DNA of 64,000 nucleotides from Saprospiraceae bacterium (GTDB taxonomy: Bacteria > Bacteroidota > Bacteroidia > Chitinophagales > Saprospiraceae), in NCBI GenBank assembly GCA_041752395.1, contig JBGSWN010000121.1:912-64911 (forward strand), written 5' to 3'. The translations under genes were made by a program, and so were the position numbers. Below the pieces are notes generated by a model. It was not told where the DNA came from. It ran no database searches and was given only the letters and a program-made list of their open reading frames with translations. Below are positions 1-8,410 of the stretch, piece after piece. Each line of letters starts with the position of its first letter. Position 1 is the first letter of the stretch.

Positions 1-2553
1 CGTGATGCTCAGCGTGAATTTCTCCAGCAGCTCCTGCACCATCGCCCGGTCGTGCGGCTCAACGCCCAGCGGCTTTGTTTCGAGCAAAAGCGCCGCCTGT
101 GCCTCCAGCATGGCCGTTGGTGCAACATGGCCCAGTTCTTCCTGGACAAGGGGGCGAGCCCCCTTGGGATTCTCCCCGTCAGTTAAACCTTCCGCTCCAA
201 GGGGGTTTGCCCCCTTGCTTGCCCCCAAAATCTCATCCAAAAACGACGTCCGCAGCAGCGCCTTCCCATCGTCGCCCTGCGTCGCATAGCTGATGTGCAG
301 CCGCTCCTTCGCCCTCGTCATCGCCACGTAGAACAAGCGCCGCCTCGCCTCCATCGCATCCGCCTCCCCGCTCAGGTGCAGCGTATCCGGGAACGTAAAC
401 TGGAACTGCCCGCTGCGGGGCCTCGGCTCCCAGTTGTCCTTCACGCTATCCAGCAGGAAGACGTAGCGGAACTCTAGGCCCTTGGAGGAATGCGCCGTCA
501 ACAACTGGCTTGCCCCGACGTGGCGTCGGGGCGGATTGCGGATGACGGAACTTGTCCCGACACCTCGGGATTGGGGGGCTGCTTCTGGGACATTATTTGG
601 GTTTGGCGGGGGAAGTACGGACAAAGCACTGCCAGAGCTTAATCCCAAATCCGCAATCCGCAATCCGAGATTGTTAGCGTCCATGCTCGCAAAAATCTCC
701 CGCAGCCTCGTAAGGCCGAGGCGAGGGTTGCGCTGCGCTTCTTTTTCGATGAAACTGGTGAAGGAAAACAGCACTTGCAGCAATTCCGCCTTCCGCTCCG
801 AATCGAGTACATGGCGCAGCAGCCCACTGCGGTTTATCAGTCTTTCGATGAAATGCGGAATGCTCAGGTTGGCGTACTCACCCAGCATGAATTCGATGAA
901 TTCGGAAAGCGCCACGAATGCTTCCGGCTTCTCCAAACCCACTGATTCCAACAGGTTTTTATCAGAAATCAGGACCCGCCAAGGCCTTTCCGATTGCGGA
1001 TTGCGGATTGCGGATTGCGGATTTTCAACTGCCACCCACCGCCGATTGTCCACCGACAACCGTGCAACATCCGCCGGTTTTATCCCAAAAAACTCGAAAT
1101 GCAGCATACGGAACAATGCCTGCTCCCCACTGTATGGTCGGTGAAATTCATCCACGAAATAGCCGAGCATCAAGCGCAGGTTCTGTACTAGCGGCAGGTC
1201 GAGGGCATTGATGGACTGGCGGGTCTGGTATGGGATGCCCTTTTTCTCCAACAAAGCCATCAGGCGCTTCGCTTGGCGGTGCTTCGCAAAAATGACGGCC
1301 ACCTCGTCGAGCGGGAAGCCCTCGTTCATCAGGTTTTCGAGCTGCTCCGCAATGGCCACCTCCTCCTGCAATCGGTTCGGATAAGCCGTCACGATGGGGC
1401 GCAGGGGCAGTTCGGCGTAGTCGGGATGTCGTGCCGTCAGGATTTTCTCCAGCCCCAAATCCTTGAGGTTGTTGACGATGCGCAGCGTGTTACCAGCGAT
1501 GAGCGAACCTGCCGTGTCGAGGATATGCTGGGTGGAACGGTAGTTTTCCGTCAGCACCAACACCGTCAGGTCGTCGTGGTGGGTGTGGTAAAAATCGGTG
1601 ATGTTCTTCAGCCTCGCCCCCTGGAACTCGTAAATGCTCTGGTCGTCGTCCCCGACGATGAAGATGTTGGGGGCATCCCAGAACTCCGTCAGGCGGTGCA
1701 GGATTTCGTTCTGGGCGCCGTTGGTATCCTGGAATTCATCGAGCAGGAAGTAGAGGTACTGCTCCTGATATCGGGCCAGCAGGAAGGGGTTCTCTTTGAA
1801 GGCTTTCAGCACCCACAGAATCATGTCCTCGTAGTCGTAGCGGCGGCGCTCCCGCAATATTTCTTCGTAGCGGGGAAAGAGTTGCACCGCCGAGCGAAGC
1901 CGCTCCATTTTCACCTTTTCATCTTCAATGGCAGCGGTTTTCAGGTCGCCCTTTTTCCAAGTGCCCCGGTTTTGCTTGTAAATAAATTCCTCACGGGTCG
2001 GCAGTTCGGCGAGGTAAGCGTCTATTTTTTCTTCGACAAAACGGGGCGTCCAGTTCTCCGATTTCATGCGCCGGAACAGTTCCGTCAAATGCTTTTCATA
2101 CCGATAACCATCCGAGCGACCACGGCGCAACGGGTGCGTCCAAGGCAGTTCGTCCATCAATTGGCGGATGGTTTCCACCCGTTCGAGGTCGCTCAGCGGT
2201 TCTAGTTCCCGCCTCCCAAAGAGGTCAATATTGTCCTGGATAATGGTGTTGCAGAACGAGTGGAAGGTGAAGATGTGCACCTTGTGGGCATCCGGCCCGA
2301 TGAGCGAGAGCAGCCGCTGCCGCATGGCCTGCACCCCAGCGTCGGTGAAGGTGAGGCAGAGGATATTGTAGGGTTGGGCGTCGGTTTTCAGCAGGATATT
2401 GCCGATGCGGGCGGCGAGGATGTGCGTCTTGCCCGTGCCCGGCCCAGCGATGACCAGCACGGGGCCTTCGATGGTTTCCACGGCTTCCCGTTGCGCCGGG
2501 TTGAGGCGCTCCAGTTCCCGAAGGAATTTCTCATTGTTGTGCTGGATGGTCAT
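1..2553 (-). CDS. UvrD/Rep/PcrA-family ATP-dependent DNA helicase, partial (C-terminus lies beyond the window start)
   Basis: Absent from the ORF track because no stop lies in the window. Reverse translation from ATG 2553-2551 gives MTIQHNNEKFLRELERLNPAQREAVETIEGPVLVIAGPGTGKTHILAARIG (Walker A). Further down it reads LLTAHSSKGLEFRYVFLLD and RRRLFYVAMTRAKERLHISY (helicase motifs V/VI). I checked by hand that the frame is open across 480-1080. Confidence 0.9.
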   Translation of the reverse strand, partial: MTIQHNNEKFLRELERLNPAQREAVETIEGPVLVIAGPGTGKTHILAARIGNILLKTDAQPYNILCLTFTDAGVQAMRQRLLSLIGPDAHKVHIFTFHSFCNTIIQDNIDLFGRRELEPLSDLERVETIRQLMDELPWTHPLRRGRSDGYRYEKHLTELFRRMKSENWTPRFVEEKIDAYLAELPTREEFIYKQNRGTWKKGDLKTAAIEDEKVKMERLRSAVQLFPRYEEILRERRRYDYEDMILWVLKAFKENPFLLARYQEQYLYFLLDEFQDTNGAQNEILHRLTEFWDAPNIFIVGDDDQSIYEFQGARLKNITDFYHTHHDDLTVLVLTENYRSTQHILDTAGSLIAGNTLRIVNNLKDLGLEKILTARHPDYAELPLRPIVTAYPNRLQEEVAIAEQLENLMNEGFPLDEVAVIFAKHRQAKRLMALLEKKGIPYQTRQSINALDLPLVQNLRLMLGYFVDEFHRPYSGEQALFRMLHFEFFGIKPADVARLSVDNRRWVAVENPQSAIRNPQSERPWRVLISDKNLLESVGLEKPEAFVALSEFIEFMLGEYANLSIPHFIERLINRSGLLRHVLDSERKAELLQVLFSFTSFIEKEAQRNPRLGLTRLREIFASMDANNLGLRIADLGLSSGSALSVLPPPNPNNVPEAAPQSRGVGTSSVIRNPPRRHVGASQLLTAHSSKGLEFRYVFLLDSVKDNWEPRPRSGQFQFTFPDTLHLSGEADAMEARRRLFYVAMTRAKERLHISYATQGDDGKALLRTSFLDEILGASKGANPLGAEGLTDGENPKGARPLVQEELGHVAPTAMLEAQAALLLETKPLGVEPHDRAMVQELLEKFTLSIT
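532..1026. repeat. Heptanucleotide (GATTGCG-type) tandem arrays inside the helicase CDS, in three patches with mixed orientation
   Basis: 992-1019 is GATTGCG x4, followed by GATTTTC. 641-668 is AATCCCA AATCCGC AATCCGC AATCCGA, the inverse sense. 532-552 is CGGATTG CGGATGA CGGAACT. CGGATTGCGGAT (532-543) is the exact reverse complement of ATCCGCAATCCG (649-660). Confidence 0.9.
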
Positions 2554-2687
2554 TGCGGAGCAAATGTAACAAAAGGAAAATTGAGCTTGTGAAATCCCGC
2601 ACCGGAGGAGTCGTGGTCGCCCAATTTATTGGGCGACCACAAATTGGCAGTATTTTCGCTCAAAATTTTTCAACCAACTTCCAATTC

Positions 2688-2978
2688 ATGAAAATACTTG
2701 CCTTATTGCTTTGCATCGCCGGCGCCGGCATGATCGTCGTTTCTGGTTTCATGGCCATGATGTCGCCGATGGCGATGGATGCGCCGGGGAGCGAGAAGTC
2801 CACGGCCTTGTGGGCTTTTGTTTACCTAATGTTGGCTTCACCCGTAGCGTTCCTTGTGACGGATATTCTTGCTTGGATTCAGTTTGGGAAAGGAAATTAT
2901 GGCGGCGCTATCAAGTGGGCGTTGCTGGGTTTTGTTCCGTTGGTTTGTGCCTTTCTCTCCTTATTTCTAAAAAGATAA
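2688..2978 (+). CDS. Small integral membrane protein (hypothetical)
   Basis: The ATG at 2688 within ORF 2553..2978 gives MKILALLLCIAGAGMIVVSGF..., with three hydrophobic helices. No recognisable family. Confidence 0.6.
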   Translation: MKILALLLCIAGAGMIVVSGFMAMMSPMAMDAPGSEKSTALWAFVYLMLASPVAFLVTDILAWIQFGKGNYGGAIKWALLGFVPLVCAFLSLFLKR

Positions 2979-2980
2979 AA

Positions 2981-3150
2981 CTAAGAAACTGTTTTAAAAC
3001 CTCTGACGAGACAGAAAATGTCAGATTTTGAGTGACAGACGAAGAGAATTTTTGCTGGGATAGCAGCGCTATCGCTGCAAAAATTGTCGAAGTATGTCGC
3101 CAAAAGATGGCGTTTTATGGCCGTTGAGGGGTTTTAAAACAGTTTCTAAG
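2981..3150. mobile_element. MITE-like 160-bp element with perfect 16-bp terminal inverted repeats and flanking CTAAG direct repeat
   Basis: AAACTGTTTTAAAACC (2986-3001) is the exact reverse complement of GGTTTTAAAACAGTTT (3130-3145). CTAAG occurs at both 2981-2985 and 3146-3150. The interior holds several sub-hairpins (CTGAC..GTCAG, GATAGCAGCGCTATC, AATTTTT..AAAAATT). It has no ORF and sits between convergent genes. Confidence 0.6.
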
Positions 3151-3880
3151 GCCTGATGCTGCGCTTGCTGATTCGCACGGTTTTCACCACCCGGCGGTTG
3201 GCGTCCACCATGCTCACGAGGTAGATGCCGTCGGGTAGGTCGGCCACGTCATATTTGTTGCCAAAGGCAGTATCGAAAGTGCGCACCCGCTTGCCGAGGA
3301 TATTGGAAATCCAGAGTTGCTTGACAAAGGTGTTGCGGGTGATGGTCAAGTAATCCGTTACAGGGTTTGGGTAAATACGAAGGCGGTTTTTGTCGCCCTC
3401 GGTAATGGGCGTTAGGCCGTCAATAGTCACGAAATAGTAGGCCGTATTGAGCAAGGTTTTGGGGTTGGCCATATCGTAGAGGTTGATGTGGACATTGGCA
3501 GTGCCAGCCTGCCCGATGGGGAATATGTTGAGGTCAAGCCTGGCGGTATCGCCCGGCAGCATGATAACTGGAGCGTAGGGGATGCGGTCGTAGTAGTCAA
3601 CGTTTGTTCTATTGGTGGTGAAGTAGCAAGTGTTTTGGTCACAAACGGAGTAGCGCCAGCCTTCTTCGGTTTCGTCAACGACCAGCTCCCAGCGGAGGTT
3701 GATGGTTTGCTTGGAATTGTTTTTTAGGCGAACATGAAAGGTGAGGTCGTCATAGGTGTTGCTGAGGTCAAAAACCACACTGGCTTCTAGTGGACTGGGT
3801 GCCACGTCAAGGTCAGACTGTGCCAAGAGGTGTTGACTACAAAGTAGGGTGGTGAAGAAAATGAGTATGGCTTGCTTCAT
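3146..3880 (-). CDS. Secreted protein with T9SS type A C-terminal sorting domain (hypothetical, paralog of 4079..4822)
   Basis: Start chosen at MKQAILIFFTTLLCSQHLLAQ (signal peptide). The C-terminus reads RIYPNPVTDYLTI...DGIYLVSMVD...VKTVRISKRS. It shares LRW..., W.Y.VCD.N.CY and PGD..R.DL motifs with the neighbouring gene. Confidence 0.8.
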   Translation of the reverse strand: MKQAILIFFTTLLCSQHLLAQSDLDVAPSPLEASVVFDLSNTYDDLTFHVRLKNNSKQTINLRWELVVDETEEGWRYSVCDQNTCYFTTNRTNVDYYDRIPYAPVIMLPGDTARLDLNIFPIGQAGTANVHINLYDMANPKTLLNTAYYFVTIDGLTPITEGDKNRLRIYPNPVTDYLTITRNTFVKQLWISNILGKRVRTFDTAFGNKYDVADLPDGIYLVSMVDANRRVVKTVRISKRSIRP

Positions 3881-4022
3881 GATTTTCCTATTTTGTTTGC
3901 TGCGCAAAGTTCGGTGAAAAAATCCGGGGGCCAGCATCTATTAGAATGGCAAGTTGGCAAAAATTTCACCCTTGCTCAACTGTTTTATCGTTTCATTAAC
4001 GCAATTAGGTTTTTGAGCAAAC

Positions 4023-4062
4023 AAAAAAGCCGTGCCTTCGATGCAGAAGGTACGGCTTTTTT
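4023..4062. terminator. Bidirectional rho-independent terminator
   Basis: AAAAAAGCCGTGCCTTC-gatgca-GAAGGTACGGCTTTTTT forms a 12-bp stem with one G-T pair, flanked by an A-run and a T-run. It lies 3' of gene 4079..4822. Confidence 0.8.
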
Positions 4063-4078
4063 CACTTAAAATTTAAGA

Positions 4079-4822
4079 CTATGGGCGCAAGTCCTGTTTG
4101 GTCATACGGACGGTTTTAAGCACTTCGCCATTGGCATCTTGCATGCTGATCAGGTAGAGGCCTTGCGGCGCATTGCTGATGTCGTAGCTTTTCCCATTGG
4201 AATGCTCGAAGCTGCGTACCTGTTTGCCAAGTAGGTTGTACACCACGATTTTTTTCACGAGTGGGTTGTCGGTGATACTGAACTGGCCGGTGGACGGGTT
4301 GGGGAAAGCTTTGATGGCCAAAGCTGCTGTCTCTTTCAAGGAAGACAAATTGTCAATGCAGACATTATAAGCAGCACTTCCCAAGTCTATCGGGCTGTTT
4401 GCATTAGTTATTTCACTAAAATGAATAGTAGGGACACAGCAGCCACTGACAAATACTGGCCTTATATGAAGGTCCATTCTTGAGCTGTCTCCAGGTGCCA
4501 AGACAACTGGCACGTTGACTCCTCCGCCTGGATTTATGTTAGAAATTGTGCCAATGGAATAGCATGCATTTACATCGCAAACCAAGTATTTCCAGTCACT
4601 GATACAATCTGTAGTTGGTACATCCAATAACCACCTGAGTTTGATACTTTGGTTGGAGGTGTTCGTAACTGTGGCATGGGCTATGATTTCCGCATATTCG
4701 TCGGTTAAATCAGCTTGAAGTGTGTACGTCAAATCATCTGGATGCACAGCAATGGTCAATTGTCCAAAGATGAAGTTTGAGGCAAGAAGACTTAAGGTAA
4801 ATCCGAGTAGTAATTTTTTCAT
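4079..4822 (-). CDS. Secreted protein with T9SS type A C-terminal sorting domain (hypothetical, paralog of 3146..3880)
   Basis: Signal peptide MKKLLLGFTLSLLASNFIFGQ. C-terminus KAFPNPSTGQFSI...QGLYLISMQD...VLKTVRMTKQ. Motifs IKLRWLLD, WKYLVCDVNACY and PGDSSRMDLHI align with the upstream paralog. Confidence 0.8.
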   Translation of the reverse strand: MKKLLLGFTLSLLASNFIFGQLTIAVHPDDLTYTLQADLTDEYAEIIAHATVTNTSNQSIKLRWLLDVPTTDCISDWKYLVCDVNACYSIGTISNINPGGGVNVPVVLAPGDSSRMDLHIRPVFVSGCCVPTIHFSEITNANSPIDLGSAAYNVCIDNLSSLKETAALAIKAFPNPSTGQFSITDNPLVKKIVVYNLLGKQVRSFEHSNGKSYDISNAPQGLYLISMQDANGEVLKTVRMTKQDLRP

Positions 4823-5007
4823 AAAAACAGGTTTTAAATAATTTCGAGTAAAAATAAGGTTTTTGAGCGATTCAGGGGTCTAATTTTTGACTGATTTGCA
4901 TTTCAAGTGCCAAAAAAATGGTCAAAATGCAGTGCGCCCCTACCGAAGCTCGGCAGGGGCGCACATTTAAGGAATTGATAGCCAACGAATTAGCAAATCA
5001 AACCACC

Positions 5008-7182
5008 TTATTTTGTAACTACCAAACGCTCCGTGTGAACTTGGTTGCCAACTTTCATTTTCACCAAGTACATGCCAGCAGCCATGTCGCTCAGTTCAAA
5101 TGTGTGGTTGATAGCGGAAGTTTTACCGAAGCTAGCATTGGCTACAACCTGGCCTTCGAGATTAACCATTTCAACTGTTGCATCAACAACTTGTGCGAAG
5201 CTAGCAGTCAGCACAGAAACGCTGGAAGCTGGATTTGGCGTAAGGCCGAATGAAGTCAGTGATGCGATATCTTCAACATTGGAAGTATTTTCAATCACTA
5301 CGTCAAGGCTTTGGGTACAGCCAATCTTGTCAGAAACTGTAAGTGTGTAGGTGCCAGGTGCCAGGCCACTGATGCTTGGAGTGGTTGCTCCATTGCTCCA
5401 AAGATAAGTGTAGCCGCCAAAACCATAGGTGCTGGACGGAGGTGTGAGGTCAACTGCACCATTGCTGCCATTTGAAGACGGTGTAGCCGCAGCCACTGCA
5501 CTAAATGATGCTGGGCAATTAACATCAACCTGCGTGCTGTTCACGTTCAAAACTTCACCTGTTGCATTGTCAATTATCATAACAACTGCATGCATGTTGA
5601 ATGGATTCCAATCTGTATTGAAGTTAGATACAACATATTCTTTTTCAGCAATATCATCCGCCACAACATTGGCTGGAACGCTGCCAGCAGTACCAGCCCA
5701 ACCACCAAGGATCGCACGACCAACATGGTTGTAAACCATGTCAGCTGCAGGAACAGTAGCAGGAAGTGCATCCCAATCGCTGCCGAAGCCAGGAATTGGA
5801 TCAGTTGGTGCAGCTGCGCCAGCATAGTAGTTGGTTTGTGCGTAGCCGGAACCTGTACCCGTTACATTATCCTCCGTAAGCACCACATTGAAGCGGTAGT
5901 CAATGTTCTCCAATTGAGTCACAAACTCAGCACTTGCATTGATAGTGGCTGTTTTAGTTGCAACATCAATTGAGGCTGTAACTTCGGGCGCAAGAGGTGC
6001 TATCCTGGCAAGGTAGTCTGGCAAGATATCTTCAAGATCAGATGGATCCCAAACAGCGTTGCGGTCAACAATAACACCGGGATATCCAGTAAAGCCAGGG
6101 AAATCGCCAACGCCATTATCATAGGCGGTTACGGCCATTGGGTCAGCGTTGTGAACGGCGATACCTACAAAATCATCTGGGTAGTTTTCAGTCATGAAGT
6201 CCATCCACTCCGTACCACGTGGGCACCAGCCGCACCATGTGCCTGTACCTTCTTCTGCTAGCATTTTCTTGGAAGGAATGTAGGAAACACCGGATACCAC
6301 GCCAGACTGTTGGTTATTGGTGTCGTCTGCATCAGCAGCACCATTTGGATTTGCTGCCCACAAATCAAAATTGTAGGTAATGGCGTCTGGCAAAGAAAGT
6401 TGGTCAGAGTGAACAAAGTTGTATTTGCCAAGGAAAGGAACGCTGATACCAGTCACGTTGTCCGTGTAGGTATTTGTTCCATCAGTCCAAGCAATATCCA
6501 CGGCAGTCAAGGTTTCAGCACCGTAGTTGGTGATTTCACCTGAAATTTCCACGGTTGTGCCAGAAAGTTTGAAGCGAGGAGCTTGAATCCTAGAAACGGC
6601 GACATCGTGGCTAGCTGGAGCAAATACAGTGACATTGTCAACAACAAATCCAAAAAGCCAACCGCCACCATCATTGTAACGGAATGCAACCCTTACGTTG
6701 TTCATGCCTGCGTAGGCGCTAAGATCTACAAGGTAGCCTTGTTGCCAGCCGCTGCCGTCACCGGTCAGTTCAACTACATCTTCCCAAAGACCGAAATTTT
6801 GGGAAACAGCAATATAGGCATGCTCCGCTACGCCTTGGTAAACCCCAGCAGCGTAAAACATGTCAAACTTCATTGCAACAGCAGCCGCATTTGTAAAATC
6901 AAAGGATGGCATAATGAGCAGGTCGTTCGATTTGTTGCAGTTGCAACCGTCATCGTTGGTGCCCGCTGCTTTGCCTCCATTGTCTGGCACTGGGAATGAG
7001 CCGCTTGAAAGTACACTTGCAGCACCAAACTTGAAGCCACCATCTGTGGCAGCAGTTTGTTGAGTCCATCCAAAAGGTGCTGTCCCGTTGGTGCCTTCGA
7101 AATCCTGCGTTAGAAATGTGGTTTGCGCATTTGCTGAAAATGCACAAACAGTTAAAAATAAAAGTGTCAAAATCTTCTTCAT
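5008..7182 (-). CDS. T9SS-sorted surface protein with thioredoxin-like WCGWCP region and SprB-type repeat
   Basis: Signal peptide MKKILTLLFLTVCAFSANAQ. The centre carries EGTGTWCGWCPRGTEWMDF (CxxC). YTYLWSNGATTPSISGLAPGTYTLTVSDKIGC is a SprB-like repeat. The C-terminus LTPNPASSVSVL...AGMYLVKMKVGNQVHTERLVVTK is a type A sorting domain. Confidence 0.8.
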   Translation of the reverse strand: MKKILTLLFLTVCAFSANAQTTFLTQDFEGTNGTAPFGWTQQTAATDGGFKFGAASVLSSGSFPVPDNGGKAAGTNDDGCNCNKSNDLLIMPSFDFTNAAAVAMKFDMFYAAGVYQGVAEHAYIAVSQNFGLWEDVVELTGDGSGWQQGYLVDLSAYAGMNNVRVAFRYNDGGGWLFGFVVDNVTVFAPASHDVAVSRIQAPRFKLSGTTVEISGEITNYGAETLTAVDIAWTDGTNTYTDNVTGISVPFLGKYNFVHSDQLSLPDAITYNFDLWAANPNGAADADDTNNQQSGVVSGVSYIPSKKMLAEEGTGTWCGWCPRGTEWMDFMTENYPDDFVGIAVHNADPMAVTAYDNGVGDFPGFTGYPGVIVDRNAVWDPSDLEDILPDYLARIAPLAPEVTASIDVATKTATINASAEFVTQLENIDYRFNVVLTEDNVTGTGSGYAQTNYYAGAAAPTDPIPGFGSDWDALPATVPAADMVYNHVGRAILGGWAGTAGSVPANVVADDIAEKEYVVSNFNTDWNPFNMHAVVMIIDNATGEVLNVNSTQVDVNCPASFSAVAAATPSSNGSNGAVDLTPPSSTYGFGGYTYLWSNGATTPSISGLAPGTYTLTVSDKIGCTQSLDVVIENTSNVEDIASLTSFGLTPNPASSVSVLTASFAQVVDATVEMVNLEGQVVANASFGKTSAINHTFELSDMAAGMYLVKMKVGNQVHTERLVVTK

Positions 7183-7499
7183 AGAAAAATTTTTATTTAG
7201 GTGATAAGTACAGTGAAAATTGCAATTTGAATTTGAATAGGCTTGGGAGCGTATGAATTGTTACTCAACAGAATTTTTAGAAAAGCAGTTTACTTGAACT
7301 GCGAGCGCCAAAGGTAGTAAAATACTGTTTCAACTTTACCCCCCTACTGCAAACTACATTTTGTCAGCCCCACGACCTTTGAGGGCAATAAGTGGCGTAT
7401 TAAGCCTTTGTTGGCAAGAATGACCTGCAATACTTCTCCGCAACTTTGATGGACTTTAGCTGTTTCAACGACCGAAATAATTATAAACAACCTTTTCCT

Positions 7500-7907
7500 A
7501 TGAGAATTTCCGCCTTCCGCAAAGCCCATTTCAATGCGGCCCATCGTTTGAACAACCCCAATTGGACCGATGAAAAGAACCAAGCAGTGTTTGGCCTATG
7601 CAACAATACCAATTACCACGGTCACAATTATGACCTTGAAGTGAAGGTCATGGGTGAAGTGGACCCCGAAACGGGCTACCTTATTGATTTGAAATTATTG
7701 AAAGACCTGATTTTCGAGGAAGTCGAATCGAGGTTTGACCACAAAAACCTGAACTTGGATGTGGAGGATTTCCAGCACCTGAACCCTACGGCGGAGCATA
7801 TCTGCTATGTGATTTGGCAGCGCCTCAGAAACCGATTGGACGAAAAATTCGACCTCGCTGTTCGGCTCTATGAAACCCCTCGAAATTTTGTGGAATACCC
7901 CGCTTGA
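7500..7907 (+). CDS. 6-pyruvoyl-tetrahydropterin synthase family protein (PTPS/QueD-like)
   Basis: MRISAFRKAHFNAAHRLNNPNWTDEKNQAVFGLCNNTNYHGHNYDLEVKVMGEVDPETGYLIDLKLLK shows the catalytic Cys and the HGH zinc triad typical of PTPS. The ATG at 7500 was verified. Confidence 0.88.
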   Translation: MRISAFRKAHFNAAHRLNNPNWTDEKNQAVFGLCNNTNYHGHNYDLEVKVMGEVDPETGYLIDLKLLKDLIFEEVESRFDHKNLNLDVEDFQHLNPTAEHICYVIWQRLRNRLDEKFDLAVRLYETPRNFVEYPA

Positions 7908-8012
7908 AAGTTGGCCGTTCGACACGGGGGCCCCGACCTTGGTCGGGGGCAGTCAGTGGATGCTCCAACCTCTAAGCCCAAATTCAAGACTGGCTTCGTT
8001 ACCTTGAAAAAG

Positions 8013-8049
8013 AAAAGCCCTTGATTCCGTTAAAGAACCAAGGGCTTTT
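8013..8049 (-). terminator. Rho-independent terminator downstream of tRNA-Cys
   Basis: AAAAGCCCTTG (8013-8023) pairs with CAAGGGCTTTT (8039-8049). On the minus strand the hairpin is followed by TTTTCTTTTTC. Confidence 0.75.
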
Positions 8050-8085
8050 GCTATTGTTGGGAGCTCACTGCCAACTTTAGAAGAG

Positions 8086-8156
8086 AGGTCGATAGCGGAT
8101 TCGAACCGCTGTACGAGGTTTTGCAGACCTCTGCCTAACCACTCGGCCAACCGACC
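8086..8156 (-). tRNA. tRNA-Cys: tRNA-Cys (anticodon GCA)
   Basis: The reverse complement is GGTCGGTTGGCCGAGTGGTTAGGCAGAGGTCTGCAAAACCTCGTACAGCGGTTCGAATCCGCTATCGACCT. I folded it by hand. It has a 7-bp acceptor stem (one G-U), a GCC/GGC D stem and a GAGGT/ACCTC anticodon stem with loop CTGCAAA. The T arm is AGCGG-TTCGAAT-CCGCT and the discriminator is U. CCA is not encoded. Confidence 0.93.
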
Positions 8157-8410
8157 ATTTTTTTGAGAAGGGAATTTCAAAGTTTCAAAAGCCTTAACGC
8201 TCTCAAAAGGAACAAGGTTTCAAATCCTTGGTTTTTACTTCAAAATATCCATTTCAAATACGCTTCCTTAAAAGCGGACGCAAATGTAAGGACTTTTTTT
8301 AAATCATGTCCAGCACTAGCTGCAAAACAGGAGCATTTTTTACAAACAGCGATTTATTTTGGATGGAGAAAATGATGGCTGCAAGGGTTAAGTGCTTGTT
8401 TTACAGACAC

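Noticed and set aside
482-2205. Long plus-strand ORFs (482..1144, 918..1211, 1273..2205, 2260..2592) at the left end of the window
   Set aside because: Their translations are low-complexity and match no motif. The opposite strand encodes a continuous UvrD-like helicase with Walker A and motifs V/VI, so these are antisense shadow ORFs.
3001-3050. CTGACGAG...GAAA inside the MITE-like element, which resembles the hammerhead ribozyme core CUGAnGA; a second CTGACGAG lies near 34100
   Set aside because: After the candidate stem II (ACAG-aaaa-TGTC is not followed by GAAA) the conserved GAAA and cleavage-site geometry are missing, so I could not build the three-stem junction. It is probably a coincidental octamer.
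7183-7499. Possible preQ1 or other riboswitch upstream of the PTPS/QueD-like gene
   Set aside because: I could not find the conserved preQ1 aptamer core or any convincing pseudoknot by eye. The region is more simply a divergent promoter spacer. A covariance-model scan would be needed to be certain.
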